Of a stretch of 64,000 nt of DNA, positions 25,676 to 38,299 are shown piece by piece (position 1 is the first letter of the stretch; every line of letters starts with the position of its first letter). The notes beneath the pieces are model-generated. The model was not told the origin of the DNA and made no database searches. It saw nothing but the letters and a program-made list of their open reading frames with translations. Made by a program: the position numbers and the translations under genes. The stretch spans positions 117,862,001 to 117,926,000 of the forward strand of contig NC_043000.1 of NCBI RefSeq assembly GCF_006345805.1. The letters run 5' to 3'. Source of the stretch: Octopus sinensis. Taxonomy: Eukaryota.

Positions 25676-26094
25676 AACTATATATATATTATATATATAT
25701 ATATATATATACTATATATATATATATTGAGACACACATTACGTTTATAATTGTTTCCTAGTATCTCATACCTGAAAGATAACTTAACCTCCTGTAATGC
25801 GTTATTGAAGCTCCCCACCACCACCACCACCACCACTTAATATGATAAACGAGGTTCTCCTCTTACGCCTCACTCCCCCTTTCATATACAGCCACACAAA
25901 CATTTATATAAAAAGATATTCAACCAATTATCGGAAGTATTAGATTCATCTTCCCACTGTGAAGTCAACAGATTTGAGTTCCTTTGTTAATATTAGTCTA
26001 CGTTGCTATTACACTATATAGCTAGTAGGCGGTTTGGGTATATATACAATCCAATGTTCATGCAAGCATTGTTACATACACATTTCAAAAATTA

Positions 26095-26147
<53 letters not shown>

Positions 26148-26264
26148 GTATATATACGTAACTAGGATAAAGTCATTATTTAATGATTTATCAGGGGCCA
26201 GCATACTAAAATACCATAATGGTTAATTTATATTAAAATCATAATAAGAGTGTGGAATGATTAT

Positions 26265-26382
26265 AACACCAGTCTGCTAGAAATAGACCCCAAATGGTCA
26301 ATGAATCACTTAGATAATAATCTTAGTAATGATCTAAGAGGTTCATTGACCATTAGGGGTCTATTTCTAGTAGAATGGTGTT
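26265..26382. repeat. Short inverted repeat, ~50-bp arms
   Basis: CTAGAAATAGACCCC.AATGGTCAATGAA and its reverse complement, ~16-nt spacer. Confidence 0.8.
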
Positions 26383-27373
26383 TGTGTGTATCTTTTACAT
26401 TTGACCGGTTTCAGTGAGATTGGGTTTCTTTCTTGTACTGTTTCTCGAGAAGTAGCGAATTGGGCGGAGATGCTCTTCTTCGTGCTTCATGCCTCGAAGT
26501 GGATTCTTCTAGTATCTCAGAAACATTATCCCTCACCCTCACCCACCGTACAAACATATGCACTAAGACACTCAGAGTTTCCCTCTACTCAACTCACTCA
26601 CAAGTCCGACCGACCTCTGATTACTGTAAAAGACATTTGCCCAAAGTGCCACGCAGGGATCTGAACTCGAATACATATAGTTGAACAGCAAGCCTCTTTC
26701 CCCTCAGAGCCATGCCAGCTCCCTATACTATAACACATATATTCTTTTCTACTCTAGGCACAAAGCCCGAAATTTTGGGGAGAGGGGACCAGTTAATTAG
26801 ATCGACACCAGTACGCAACTGGTACTTATTTAATCGACCCCGAAAGGAGGAAAGGCAAAGTCGACCTGGGCGGAATTTGAACTCAAAACGTAAAGACAGA
26901 CGAAAAACGTTTCTGCCAGCTCGCTGCCTTACTATATCATATATGTTATGTTCTATTATATTTCAAAGTTACTTACAACATATAAAGTTCTTCATTTGAA
27001 GAAAAGCATTATCCTATGCATATTGATCAGAGAATATCATTCTAGACATAGGCAGAGCATTTCTTGAGATAATACATCATGTTATTTCTGACTTTTGAAA
27101 TTCAAGATAACACATATTAATCATATTGTACGCCCCTTGGCTTTATGACTGATGATAACTTGATTATTGAGTTACCCTCTCAGTAAATTCCGTGGCTTTC
27201 CTGAAATTCGCCTCAAAATATAAAAAAATATAACACACACACACACACATATATATATGAGACAAAATGGGACAATGCGCTTCTGATAACCGAGAATTGT
27301 AGATGCTGATATTTCGCCATTGTGTTCTCATATCAATACCATGTGTTTGTATATATGCATCATGTTGTATATG

Positions 27374-27405
<32 letters not shown>

Positions 27406-27410
27406 AAATA

Positions 27411-27512
<102 letters not shown>

Positions 27513-27849
27513 GTATATATGCATGGTGTGTGTATGTATACTGTATGGTATGGCTTTCAACAAGTTGTACGACGTTCGTTCAGTTAAGAGGGAAAGGTAT
27601 TATTATAATAAAAGCTACGACAAGCCTTGTGAAACACAATCACCCAGGGGTTTCGGGCAGAAATATTAATTTATTTCGCCATTTATCAAGGCGGTAGAAA
27701 CAAAACGTTGTAATAAATGCGTTCGATGCAATCGATATACGAATGAGCAGCTTGATAAATGGCGAAATAAATTACTATTTTGCTCTGGGAAACCCTGGGT
27801 CGCTGTATATCACAAGGCATTTTGTTTTTGTGGTTATCATCATCAGCAG

Positions 27850-27937
<88 letters not shown>

Positions 27938-27940
27938 ATA
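27850..27940. repeat. (TTA)n-(TTG)n microsatellite
   Basis: Direct reading. Confidence 0.9.
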
Positions 27941-28409
27941 TATGTCACTTTTTATCAGGAAGTCGATAGACAAGATGCGGTTTTTCCTTGTAATGCAGTA
28001 CACATCCTGTTTGAATAAAATATGCAGATTAAAAAATTTTTTAAATAAGAAAAATAAAGTTAAAAAGAGAAAAAAGAAATATGTTAGTCGCTTAGGTTTT
28101 GTTTCATTTTTTAAAATCATTTTTGTGGTAATCATATCTCGGCTTTGACCGCTCCAAGGAGGAGAGAAAGTTTCATCGGAGGTTTACTGGTTTCAGATTT
28201 TGGCACAAGGACAATAATTTCGGGTGAGGTGGTAAGTCACTTCCATCAAACCCAGGGCTCGACTGGTACTTATTTTATCGACTCCGAAAGGATGGAAAGT
28301 AAAGTCGACCCCAGTGGAATTTGGACTCAGAACGTAAAGAGAAACGAAATGTCACAGAGCATTAAGTCCGGCGGTCCAACGATTCTTTCAGCTTACTACC
28401 TTATATAGT

Positions 28410-28530
28410 TATCACCTTGACCGACCTGTCCGTCGGACGTCCATTTGACACCACTGGTCACAGCACGCTGTCCATTCCTCTCTGGATCGCGCCTTTCTCA
28501 TCCACGTGATCCCAATCGCCCTCCTGTATA
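28410..28530 (-). mobile_element. RTE-like LINE 3' remnant
   Basis: RRAIGITWMRKARSREEWTACCDQW resembles RTE ORF ends. Confidence 0.45.
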
Positions 28531-29329
28531 TAGTTATGCAATCGTATTATCAAGTCAACCGGAACTAAAAGATAGCTTCAGTTCATATGCATAGTGTAAT
28601 TCGAACAAATCAGTCCTGTATCATGTGACTTGAATTCAGCTGCATGAATTTAAAAAGAAAAGTAAAAATACTTCATCATTTACTTGTTTTAGTCATTAAA
28701 CAGCGGCTATGCTGGGGCACGGCTTTCAACGCTTTAGCTGAGCACACCAACCACAATACTTATCCTATGCATCTCTTTTGCACACTTCTAAGTTACAGGA
28801 ACGAAAGCAATTGTCAAGTAAAAGAGTGGGTGACAAATAAAAGCTAAAAGACAGACTTATATATACATACATAGATCTCCGTTGACAGGCCTCTGGTATT
28901 AAATAAACTATAAACACTTACGGTATGCAAATGAGTAATTCCAGTTTTCTGTAGCTACTGTATCTAATTGTTGAGAAAATAAACAGATTGGCTGCTTGAT
29001 TCTCTAGGATTGGTCAAAGTAATGAAGACGCCTTTCATGAAAACCGTTTCAGGTTGTTCATTTTTTTTTCAATCTACAGAGAAATAACTAAATTAGCTCT
29101 GTTTAATATATCTACTATATAGGTTACATACATACACATGTGGCTTTCACACAGTTTCCGTCTACCAAATTCATTCACAAGACATTGGTTGATCTAGGGC
29201 TGTAGTAGAATATATTGGACCATCCCGTATGTAATGCAGTGTTTTCAATTGCATAAGCTAAAAGTTGGAGGGGGACAGGATAAACTACCTGCATCAACTT
29301 GCTATAAAAAAATACAGGTAGTTATTATA

Positions 29330-30140
29330 CCTTATCGTTATTCTTAGTGCAAATTTTGAAGAGTGCAGTTCGATTGTAACATTTATTTTTTTCAAAGCTA
29401 TAATGGAAGTCACAAAGGAGCATATTCGGCATATTTTGCTTTATGAATTTAATAAAGGCAACAATGCAACGGAAAGTACGAAAAACATTAATGCAGTACA
29501 TGGGGATTGGACAATAAAAGTAAGCCAGTGTCAAGGGTGGTTACAGAAATTCTGAGCCGGAACCTACAGCCTAGAAGATAAGCCTCACCCTGGAAGATCT
29601 GTAGAGCTGGACGAGGACGTCCTGCAAACCCTGGTGGAACAAAATCCCATCGTAACTGTCGAGGAACTAGCAGAGAAGCTTGGAGTTAGTCATTCAACTA
29701 GTCTTTCATATCGGCGGTAACAGGAAAACGACCATTTTTGGTTTCAAGACGAAAGGTGTTCTTCCATCAGGATAATGTTCGGCCACATACAGCAAGAACG
29801 ATATTCCAAAGGCAGGAGAAGTTTGAATGGAAAACGATGCCCCACCCACCATAATCACCGGACATTGCCCCATCTAATTATCATTTATTCCGCAGTTTTC
29901 AAAAACATTTGGACGGAAAAATACGAATTCTGTAGACGAGGTTAGGACAGTAGTGGAGGAGTATTTTTCGTCAGGGACAAGTGGATTTTGGAAGAGGGGC
30001 CTTGCAAGTCTACCAGATAGATGGAAGAGCATTGTAAAAATGAAGGAGAGTATATTTTAGATTTTAAAAAAAATTCATTTATCTTAATTTTGAAAAATAA
30101 AAGAAATATAAAAAACCGTGTTATTTATGGGATGACCCAA
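29330..30140 (+). mobile_element. Mariner, internally deleted and decayed
   Basis: MEVTKEHIRHILLYEFNKGNNAT.., EQNPIVTVEELAEKL, then HQDNVRPH..PDIAPSNYHLFRS; right TIR TTATTTATGGGATGACCCAA|TA. Confidence 0.85.
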
Positions 30141-30247
30141 TACTAGTCCGAGGTGTTGCACAGTGAGACCGAACGTGAATCTACGCGGCTGCAAAGCGAG
30201 TTTCCTAACCACAGAGTCGCAAACTGTATATTGTCTTCGTATAAAGT

Positions 30248-30948
30248 CCGTGGTTCTTAACCGGGGTTCATACGAACCCTAAGGGTCCATATAAAATTTT
30301 GCGGATCCGCGGAAACACACTAGTGAATTGAGGACCCACAGTAATTCATCAAGGGTCCATGAAAATATTTTGCTTTGGGTGTATGCATTGTCAGAAACAG
30401 CTAAATTTCTTTCTCTAACGTTTTACGTAGTTCAACCTACACGAGTTCATGTGTGAAAAAGAAAATAGGAATTATGAAATAAGTTTATATACTCTCTCTC
30501 TTTTACTCTTTTACTTGTTTCAGTCATTTGACTGTGGCCATGCATGCTGGAGCACCGACTTTAGTCGAGCAAATCGACCTCAGGACTTATTCTTTGTAAG
30601 CCTAGTACTTATTCTAGCGGAGACTTTTGCCGAACCGCTAAGTTACGAGGACGTAAACACACCACCATCGGTTGTCAAGCGATGTTGGGGGACAAACACA
30701 GACACACAAACACACACACACACACATACATACACACACACATATATAGTTCAAATCCACTCATAAGGCTTTGGTCGGCCCGAGGCTATAGTAGAAGACA
30801 CTTGCCCAAAGTGCCACACAGTGGGACTGAACCCGAAACCATGTGGTTGGTACAAAACTAGTTTTTAGAAATTGAATGGCTATAGGGGTCCATCAGAATA
30901 AAATAGTAATCAAAGGGGTTCATAGATAAAAATGGATGAGAATCCCTG
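30248..30948. mobile_element. hAT-like MITE with nested family B SINE (30492-30852)
   Basis: Ends CCGTGGTTCTTAACC / GGATGAGAATCCCTG; the same family end appears at 41074-41210. Confidence 0.65.
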
Positions 30949-31264
30949 TTATAAATGAAGAAAAACAAGGGTAAATATTTACCCTCATATTTTGATAGGG
31001 TTGGGTTGATATGTGTGAGATTGCAACTCGCAGAACAAACTCTTGTTCATCATTTATAAGATATTCTGTCTCTCTAGTCTTGTAGTATCTTCTAAGTGTT
31101 TATAGATGGATGGACTGAACGATGTGTTTCATTACAGTTGTTACTTGTATAAGATACCTGTGAACCATTACAGATATTGGCTTCAAATTTTGGCACAAGG
31201 CCAGGAATTTCGGAGGGGAGGATTAAATCGATTACACCAACCCAAGTGCTCAACACATTGATAT

Positions 31265-31485
31265 TACTCTTTACTCTTTTACTCTTTTACCTGTTTCAGT
31301 CATTTGACTGCGGCCATGCTGGAGCACCGCCTTTAGTCGAGCAACTCGACCCCGGGACTTATTCTTTTTGTAAGCCCAGTACTTATTCTATCGGTCTCTT
31401 TTTGCCGAAGCGCTAAGTGACGGGGACGTAAACACACCAGCATCGGTTGCCAAGCAATGCTAGGGGGACAAACACAGACACACAA

Positions 31486-31556
<71 letters not shown>

Positions 31557-31710
31557 CGACAGGCTTCTTTCAGTTTCCATCTACCAAATCCACTCACAAG
31601 GCATTGGTCGGCCCGGGGCTATAGCAGACGACTCTTGCCAAAGATGCCACGCAGTGGGACTGAACCCGGAACCATGAGGTTGGTTAGCAAGCTACTTTCC
31701 ACACAGCCAC
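31265..31710 (-). mobile_element. Family B SINE
   Basis: Body with internal (CA)n(TA)n. Confidence 0.85.
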
Positions 31711-32013
31711 ATATTCTTTTAAAAATCGACCCTGAAAGGATGAAAGGCAAAGTTGACCTCAGTGGAATTTGAACTGAGAATGTAAAGACGGATGAAATGT
31801 CACCAAGCGTTTTATCAGCCGTGCTAACGATTCTGCCAGCTGGCCACCTTGAGCTATAACAGATATTGATGAGTTTTTTGTGAATTCAATTCAATGCAGA
31901 AGGAATTGATCATTAGTCTCGTCTCTCCACCCAGTACTTTGATGAAAGAAGCCAAACACCCCTAACGCCTTTGTGTTGCTCTTGGCCATAGGGGGAAAAT
32001 AATTATATACACA

Positions 32014-32054
<41 letters not shown>

Positions 32055-32241
32055 ACACATATATATATATATATATAAATATATATACCAATTAAGGACT
32101 GAACACGAAAAGTGGACAGTCAACATGCTAGATATAGACGTTAAATCGCCATTCACCACAAAAGATTATGTTCTCAGATCAAACTCAACACAAAACCATA
32201 GCAATAAACAAGTGAAAAATATACGAAATAAATATAATTAC

Positions 32242-32303
32242 CCATGTACTAAATTAGTTTCAACTGTATTTTCCGCAGGAAACTGCAGCCATCATCAGCA
32301 TGG
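32242..32303 (-). ncRNA. Type I hammerhead ribozyme motif (left arm)
   Basis: CCAUG-CUGAUGA-U-GGCUG..CAGUU-GAAA-CUAAUUUAG-UA-CAUGG. Confidence 0.7.
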
Positions 32304-32351
32304 TCCGTATTCTAGTTTGCATCTAGTCCAGCAAATTACATTTATAACGGA

Positions 32352-32416
32352 CCATGCTGATGATGGCTACAGTTTTCCTTGCGGAAAATAACAGTTGAAA
32401 CTAATTTAGTACATGG
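32352..32416 (+). ncRNA. Type I hammerhead ribozyme motif (right arm)
   Basis: CUGAUGA at 32357-32363, GAAA at 32397-32400, GUA at 32409-32411; stem I CCAUG/CAUGG. Confidence 0.65.
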
Positions 32417-32659
32417 GTAATTATTTTATTTCGTATATTTTTCACTTGTTTATTGCTATGGTTTTGTGTTGAGTTTGATCTGAGAACATAATCTTTTGTG
32501 GTGAATGGCGATTTAACGTCTATATCTAGCATGTGCTGTCCACTTTTCGTGTTCAGTTCCTTAATTGGTATATATAAATATTTTAATCTTCGGATCTTTT
32601 TTAATATGCTAGACACTGGTCTTAATTGATAAATATCAATTTCTACCCTTAATTAATTT

Positions 32660-32692
32660 TATATATATAAATATATATATATATACATACAT

Positions 32693-32755
<63 letters not shown>

Positions 32756-32842
32756 ATATGTATTATATATACACATATATATAATATATATATATATATC
32801 TATATATATATATATATGGATATTATATATATGTATATACAT

Positions 32843-32905
<63 letters not shown>

Positions 32906-33153
32906 TGGTATATGTGAATGTGGTATAAAACGTATACTTGTAGATTTAAAGCATGTATGCGTTCTGTTTGGGTGGTGCATGACAGACGAGTGACGTTTAT
33001 TTATCTAACGGGTCAGCATTTTTTATCTGAATAACCAGCTTGTAGGAAAATTTTCTTCATACATACACACACAGGCATTTAACAATATTCACTTAAGTAG
33101 TGTTTGTATATGTGGGAGAGAAAAGGAAAAAGGAGCGTTGTAAGAGAATAAGA

Positions 33154-33209
<56 letters not shown>

Positions 33210-33317
33210 ATATATATATATGTGTGGTATATATATGTATGTATAGATATATGCATATATATATATGTATATATATATATAATATATATATAATATATGT
33301 ATATGTATATATATAAA

Positions 33318-33350
<33 letters not shown>

Positions 33351-33406
33351 GTATATGTATATATATATATGTATATATATATAATACATATATATATATA
33401 TATATA

Positions 33407-33478
<72 letters not shown>

Positions 33479-33549
33479 GTAGATGTATGTATGTATGTTG
33501 TATGTATGTATGTATATAGGCATGTTTGATGGAAGGGGATGCAGTTGTA

Positions 33550-33617
<68 letters not shown>

Positions 33618-33620
33618 CGT
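32660..33620. repeat. Large (TA)n-rich tract
   Basis: Direct reading; contains a short unique insert near 32900-33155. Confidence 0.9.
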
Positions 33621-34114
33621 ATAAATGTGAGCTTGTGTGTCTGTGTAAAATAGTAAAGCTGTATGAATACGCTCGGATAAATCAGTGTGAAAACAAGAAC
33701 CACAGAGATTGTGACGGAAAGGGGAAAAAGGAAAGAAAGAGCAAGAAAAAAAGAAGAAGGAGGGGAGAAAAAAAAGAAAGATTAAAATACGAGAGACTTT
33801 TTTCAAAAAGCCATTTAACTTGGACAAATTAGAAGATAGTGGATATACGCGCGCCGCATGCGCAGTTAAAGTTATTCTTTCAATGATGGAGGTCCTGTGA
33901 ATTTTATCTAGCGCTTCGCAGTACGCAGTGCAGCCATGCTGCGTCAATTTAAGGCATCCGTTGTTAGATTAGAATAATGGATAACTTTGTTTATTTACTT
34001 ACTGATATACTTCTTGTATATTTACTGACACTTCCCCACCGTTTCATTGCCTGGATTTTTTGGGGGGTTTTTTAAAAATTATTTTGAAATTTTTTTTCAC
34101 TAAAACTGTGAGTT

Positions 34115-34117
<3 letters not shown>

Positions 34118-34197
<80 letters not shown>

Positions 34198-34202
34198 GAG
34201 AG
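34118..34202. repeat. (GA)n microsatellite
   Basis: Direct reading. Confidence 0.95.
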
Positions 34203-34318
34203 AAAAAAAATTATTTATTCCATGGGCTGCTTACAAGATGCTTTTTCATTCATAGTGCACAAACCTTACTGACTTACTTGGCCACTACAACCAGCAAAAA
34301 CCACACACTCACACGCAC

Positions 34319-34352
<34 letters not shown>

Positions 34353-34515
34353 ACTTAGATATGTTCATTCATGTACGTGCACACATATATTTTCATAGTC
34401 ATTTACTGTGAAGAAGCTAGGCACAAAGATATACTTCATATATATATGTGTGAGTGTATGTGTGTATGTGTGCGTGCGTGCGTGCGTGTGAGAATGTGTG
34501 TGTGAATATATATAT

Positions 34516-34780
34516 ATATATATTAGAAGAAATGAGGTACTCAGAAATCTGGATGGTTTTATATTTACAGATATTTATTAGTATGTTACATGCTTTTATA
34601 AGTCATATATCATATATATTAGCGCTTTCGTCCACTCTAGTGTCAAATTGATAACTCCACTAGAGTGGACGAAAGCGCTATTATATGATATATGATTTGT
34701 GAAAACATGTAACATACTAATGAATATCTGTAAATATAAATCCATCCAGATTTCTGAGTACCTCATTTCTTCTAATATAT
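34516..34780. repeat. Inverted repeat, ~125-bp arms with partial hammerhead (U3-A8 core)
   Basis: Arms 34516-34642 and 34658-34780; UUGAUAA-CUCCAC UAGA GUGGAC-GAAA-GCGC-UA. Confidence 0.85.
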
Positions 34781-34810
34781 AATACCTGTACATCATCTCC
34801 AAACTTTCTA

Positions 34811-34892
<82 letters not shown>

Positions 34893-36390
34893 CACCACCG
34901 CCTTGCTCTTGATAATATAATTGCTTCAATATTGGCACCAAGCCAGTAATTTTGGCGGTGGGATTGTCAATTACTTTGATCCTGATGCTTAACTGATACT
35001 ATATTTTATAGAACTCGAAAGGATGAAAGGCAAAGCTGGCCTCGATGGTATTTGAGATTAGCACGTAATGAACCAAAAGATGTTCCGCTAAGCATTTGGT
35101 TCGACGCGGTAACGATTCTGCTAACTCAGTAATAACAATGATGTTAGTTCTTCTTCGAACTGCTGCAAATGTGATGTGTTTCCCAACACCACACCAGAAA
35201 TCTTTGTCCCATTAATTTTGATAGATCCGTTTTTTATATCCCTGCCAGCGATAAGAAACGGTTCGACAAAGCAACCGATAGAACAGGTACCAAAGGTCGA
35301 TATTTTCGAGTAAACCCTTTAAGTCGGTGCCCAGCACGGCTGCAGTCCATTGAATGAAACAAGTAAAAATAATTTTAAAAATGATAAAGACAAAAATACA
35401 AACGAAGATTGTAATTGATTAATTAGTGTCCCAAGATAGTTTCAGTTTTGGTTTGGATGCTGGAGCGATGAAAGATAAACTTGAACTTAAGATTGAATTT
35501 AGAGTGTAAAGAATCGTGCCTGAATACTGCAAGGAATTTTGTACGGTACTTTGGCAAATATGTATTCCATATAAAAGACAGAATGTAACTGTACAAATAG
35601 AAAAATAAAGTGACTATAAATCAGGAGTGGACTGAAACAAGTAAAAGAGTAAAGAGTAAAGAGTAAAGAGTTACTGCTGCAGCTTATAACGATGACGTGT
35701 GGATTCTCTGGGCTCTCCACTTACACCTAGTCGACTAATTTATTTCAGAATCAAGGCTCTTTACGATAGATATCGCACAGAACCTGTAAGAGGTTACACA
35801 GTATCAGTTAATCTATTAAATCGGATCATAACACAAGAAAAGTCGCCCTTACATTAATCCTTGGCAGAATGACAGCTAAAACAAATCGCGTTCATTGCCT
35901 CAGTAAATAGAGGTATGACATGACAGTTATGCTTAAATGTGGTTTTTATCGGTCTGTAAGACGATATTATTATAAAAGTGGCGGGTTTTTTTCGCTTTTT
36001 ATTTGGAATCCAAAACCTGTAATATATATATATAACACTAGTCGTGAAAATTTTAATTCCGTCTACATATATTGAAATATATTCTGTTCACAAATAAGAA
36101 AATGAATATATATATATATATATATAATTAATCAATATAGGGTGGCAAAAAATTTTGTAGAATTTTTTTGCCACCAGCGGCCTAGTGGGAAAAAAATTAA
36201 ATAGTCATAGACCATTTTTAAGTTCAACATCACAATCAAGGAACGGCCATAATAGGCCATTCACCCACTAGAAATAACAGCCAAAAGCTTCAACCGCAAA
36301 ATAACATCAATTCCGTAAACCAGGAGAAAATTAAAAAAATTTAAAAAAATTTAAAAAATTAAAAAAAATTAAAAAAACATTTACCCTGTA

Positions 36391-36497
36391 ATTTCTTATA
36401 CGATGCACCGTTTCATCTACTGTTTAATGGTAAACTAACCTGATTAAATTAAATCAAGCCAATCTACCATAGGCCCTTAGATTTATCAGTAAGAAAT
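36391..36497 (-). ncRNA. Hammerhead motif copy with mutated core (CUGAUAA)
   Basis: Reverse complement of 37332-37438 except for G8-to-A. Confidence 0.6.
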
Positions 36498-37331
36498 AGC
36501 CAAGTCGGAACAGATATTTTTCACGAGGCATTCCCGTCCCTGCCTCGGCAATATCTGACCTAAAATTTTCAAAATTTTCAAATCATCGCACTCGCGCCAA
36601 ATTTATCGGCAGCAAATAAATATAAGCCGCCGATTCCATTACGGAATTAACCAGAAAATTCATAATTAATCAATATAGGGTGGCAAAAAATTTTGTAGAA
36701 TTTTTTTGCCACCAGCGGCCTAGTGGGAAAAAAATTAAATAGTCATAGACCATTTTTAAGTTCAACATCACAATCAAGGAACGGCCATAATAGGCCATTC
36801 ACCCACTAGAAATAACAGCCAAAAGCTTCAACCGCAAAATAACATCAATTCCGTAAACCAGGAGAAAATTAAAAAAATTAAAAAAATTTAAAAAAAACTT
36901 AAAAAAAAAAAAAATTTAAAAATTAAAAAAAATTAAAAAAACTTTTTAAAATTTTTTTAATTTTCTCCTGGTTTACGGAATTGATGTTATTTTGCGGTTG
37001 AAGCTTTTGGCTGTTATTTCTAGTGGGTGAATGGCCTATTATGGCCGTTCCTTGATTGTGATGTTGAACTTAAAAATGGTCTATGACTATTTAATTTTTT
37101 TCCCACTAGGCCGCTGGTGGCAAAAAAATTCTACAAAATTTTTTGTCACCCTATATTGATTAATTATGAATTTTCTGCTTAATTCCGTAATGGAATCGGC
37201 GGCTTATATTTATTTGCTGCCGATAAATTTGGCGCGAGTGCGATGATTTGAACATTTTGAAAATTTTAGGTCAGATATTGCCGAGGCAGGGACGGGAATG
37301 CCTCGTGAAAAATATCTGTTCCGACTTGGCT

Positions 37332-37438
37332 ATTTCTTACTGATGAATCTAAGGGCCTATGGTAGATTGGCTTGATTTAATTTAATCAGGTTAGTTTACC
37401 ATTAAACAGTAGATGAAACGGTGCATCGTATAAGAAAT
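37332..37438 (+). ncRNA. Type I hammerhead ribozyme motif with extended stem II
   Basis: Stem I AUUUCUUA/UAAGAAAU (8 bp), CUGAUGA at 37340-37346, stem II AUCUA/UAGAU, GAAA at 37415-37418, stem III ACGGUGCAUCGU, GUA cleavage after 37430. Confidence 0.8.
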
Positions 37439-37772
37439 TACAGGGTAAATGTTTTTTTAATTTTTTTTAAGTTTTTAAATTTTTTTAAATTTTTTTAATT
37501 TTCTCCTGGTTTACGGAATTGATGTTATTTTGCGGTTGAAGCTTTTGGCTGTTATTTCTAGTGGGTGAATGGCCTATTATGGCCGTTCCTTGATTGTGAT
37601 ATATATATATATATATATTCCACGGTGGTGCTCCAGCATGACGGCAGTTGCATGGCTGAAACGAGTTAAAGAATAAAAGAATTTAAATTTGAAGTATAAA
37701 TGGCTACAATTTATAATATTTATCTCTCCCTCCCTCCCTCGCTCCCGCCCTCCATCCATCCATCCATCCATC

Positions 37773-37852
<80 letters not shown>

Positions 37853-37993
37853 ATTTAGGAATGGTCATATATATATCACCGTGATCCCCGTGACCGACCA
37901 GGCTATCAGATGTTGCTACACATCGCTGGTCACAATGCGCTTCGCATTGTTTTAGCCTTCAAATGACGCCACCCCGCTGGCTAAGTGAGCAGG

Positions 37994-38064
<71 letters not shown>

Positions 38065-38299
38065 GTATATATGTATGTAGTGTATATTGAAAACCTCACT
38101 CGAATAAATCCACTCCAGTCCTTTTTTTTATTATTTTTTAAGTCTTTGATGTCTGTTATAACGAATCACCAAATTAGAGGGATGAAAAAAAATCAACACT
38201 GGTAGCGAAAGGCGGTGGACCAAACACAAAGACACATACCACACACATACCCACACAACATACATATTAACCAGATTCCACACCTATATTCATCCTCAA

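Larger units (their letters stand above)
32080..32576. repeat. Inverted repeat, ~230-bp arms, each with a hammerhead motif
   Basis: Arms 32080-32310 and 32344-32576. Confidence 0.9.
36124..37600. repeat. 538-bp tandem unit (~1.5 copies) followed by ~1.2 inverted copies (palindrome)
   Basis: ATAATTAATCAATATAGGGTGGC at 36124 and 36662; 36946-37600 is the reverse complement of 36229 to ~36880. Confidence 0.95.

Noticed and set aside
27149-27200. CTGATGA motif
   Set aside because: No hammerhead fold.
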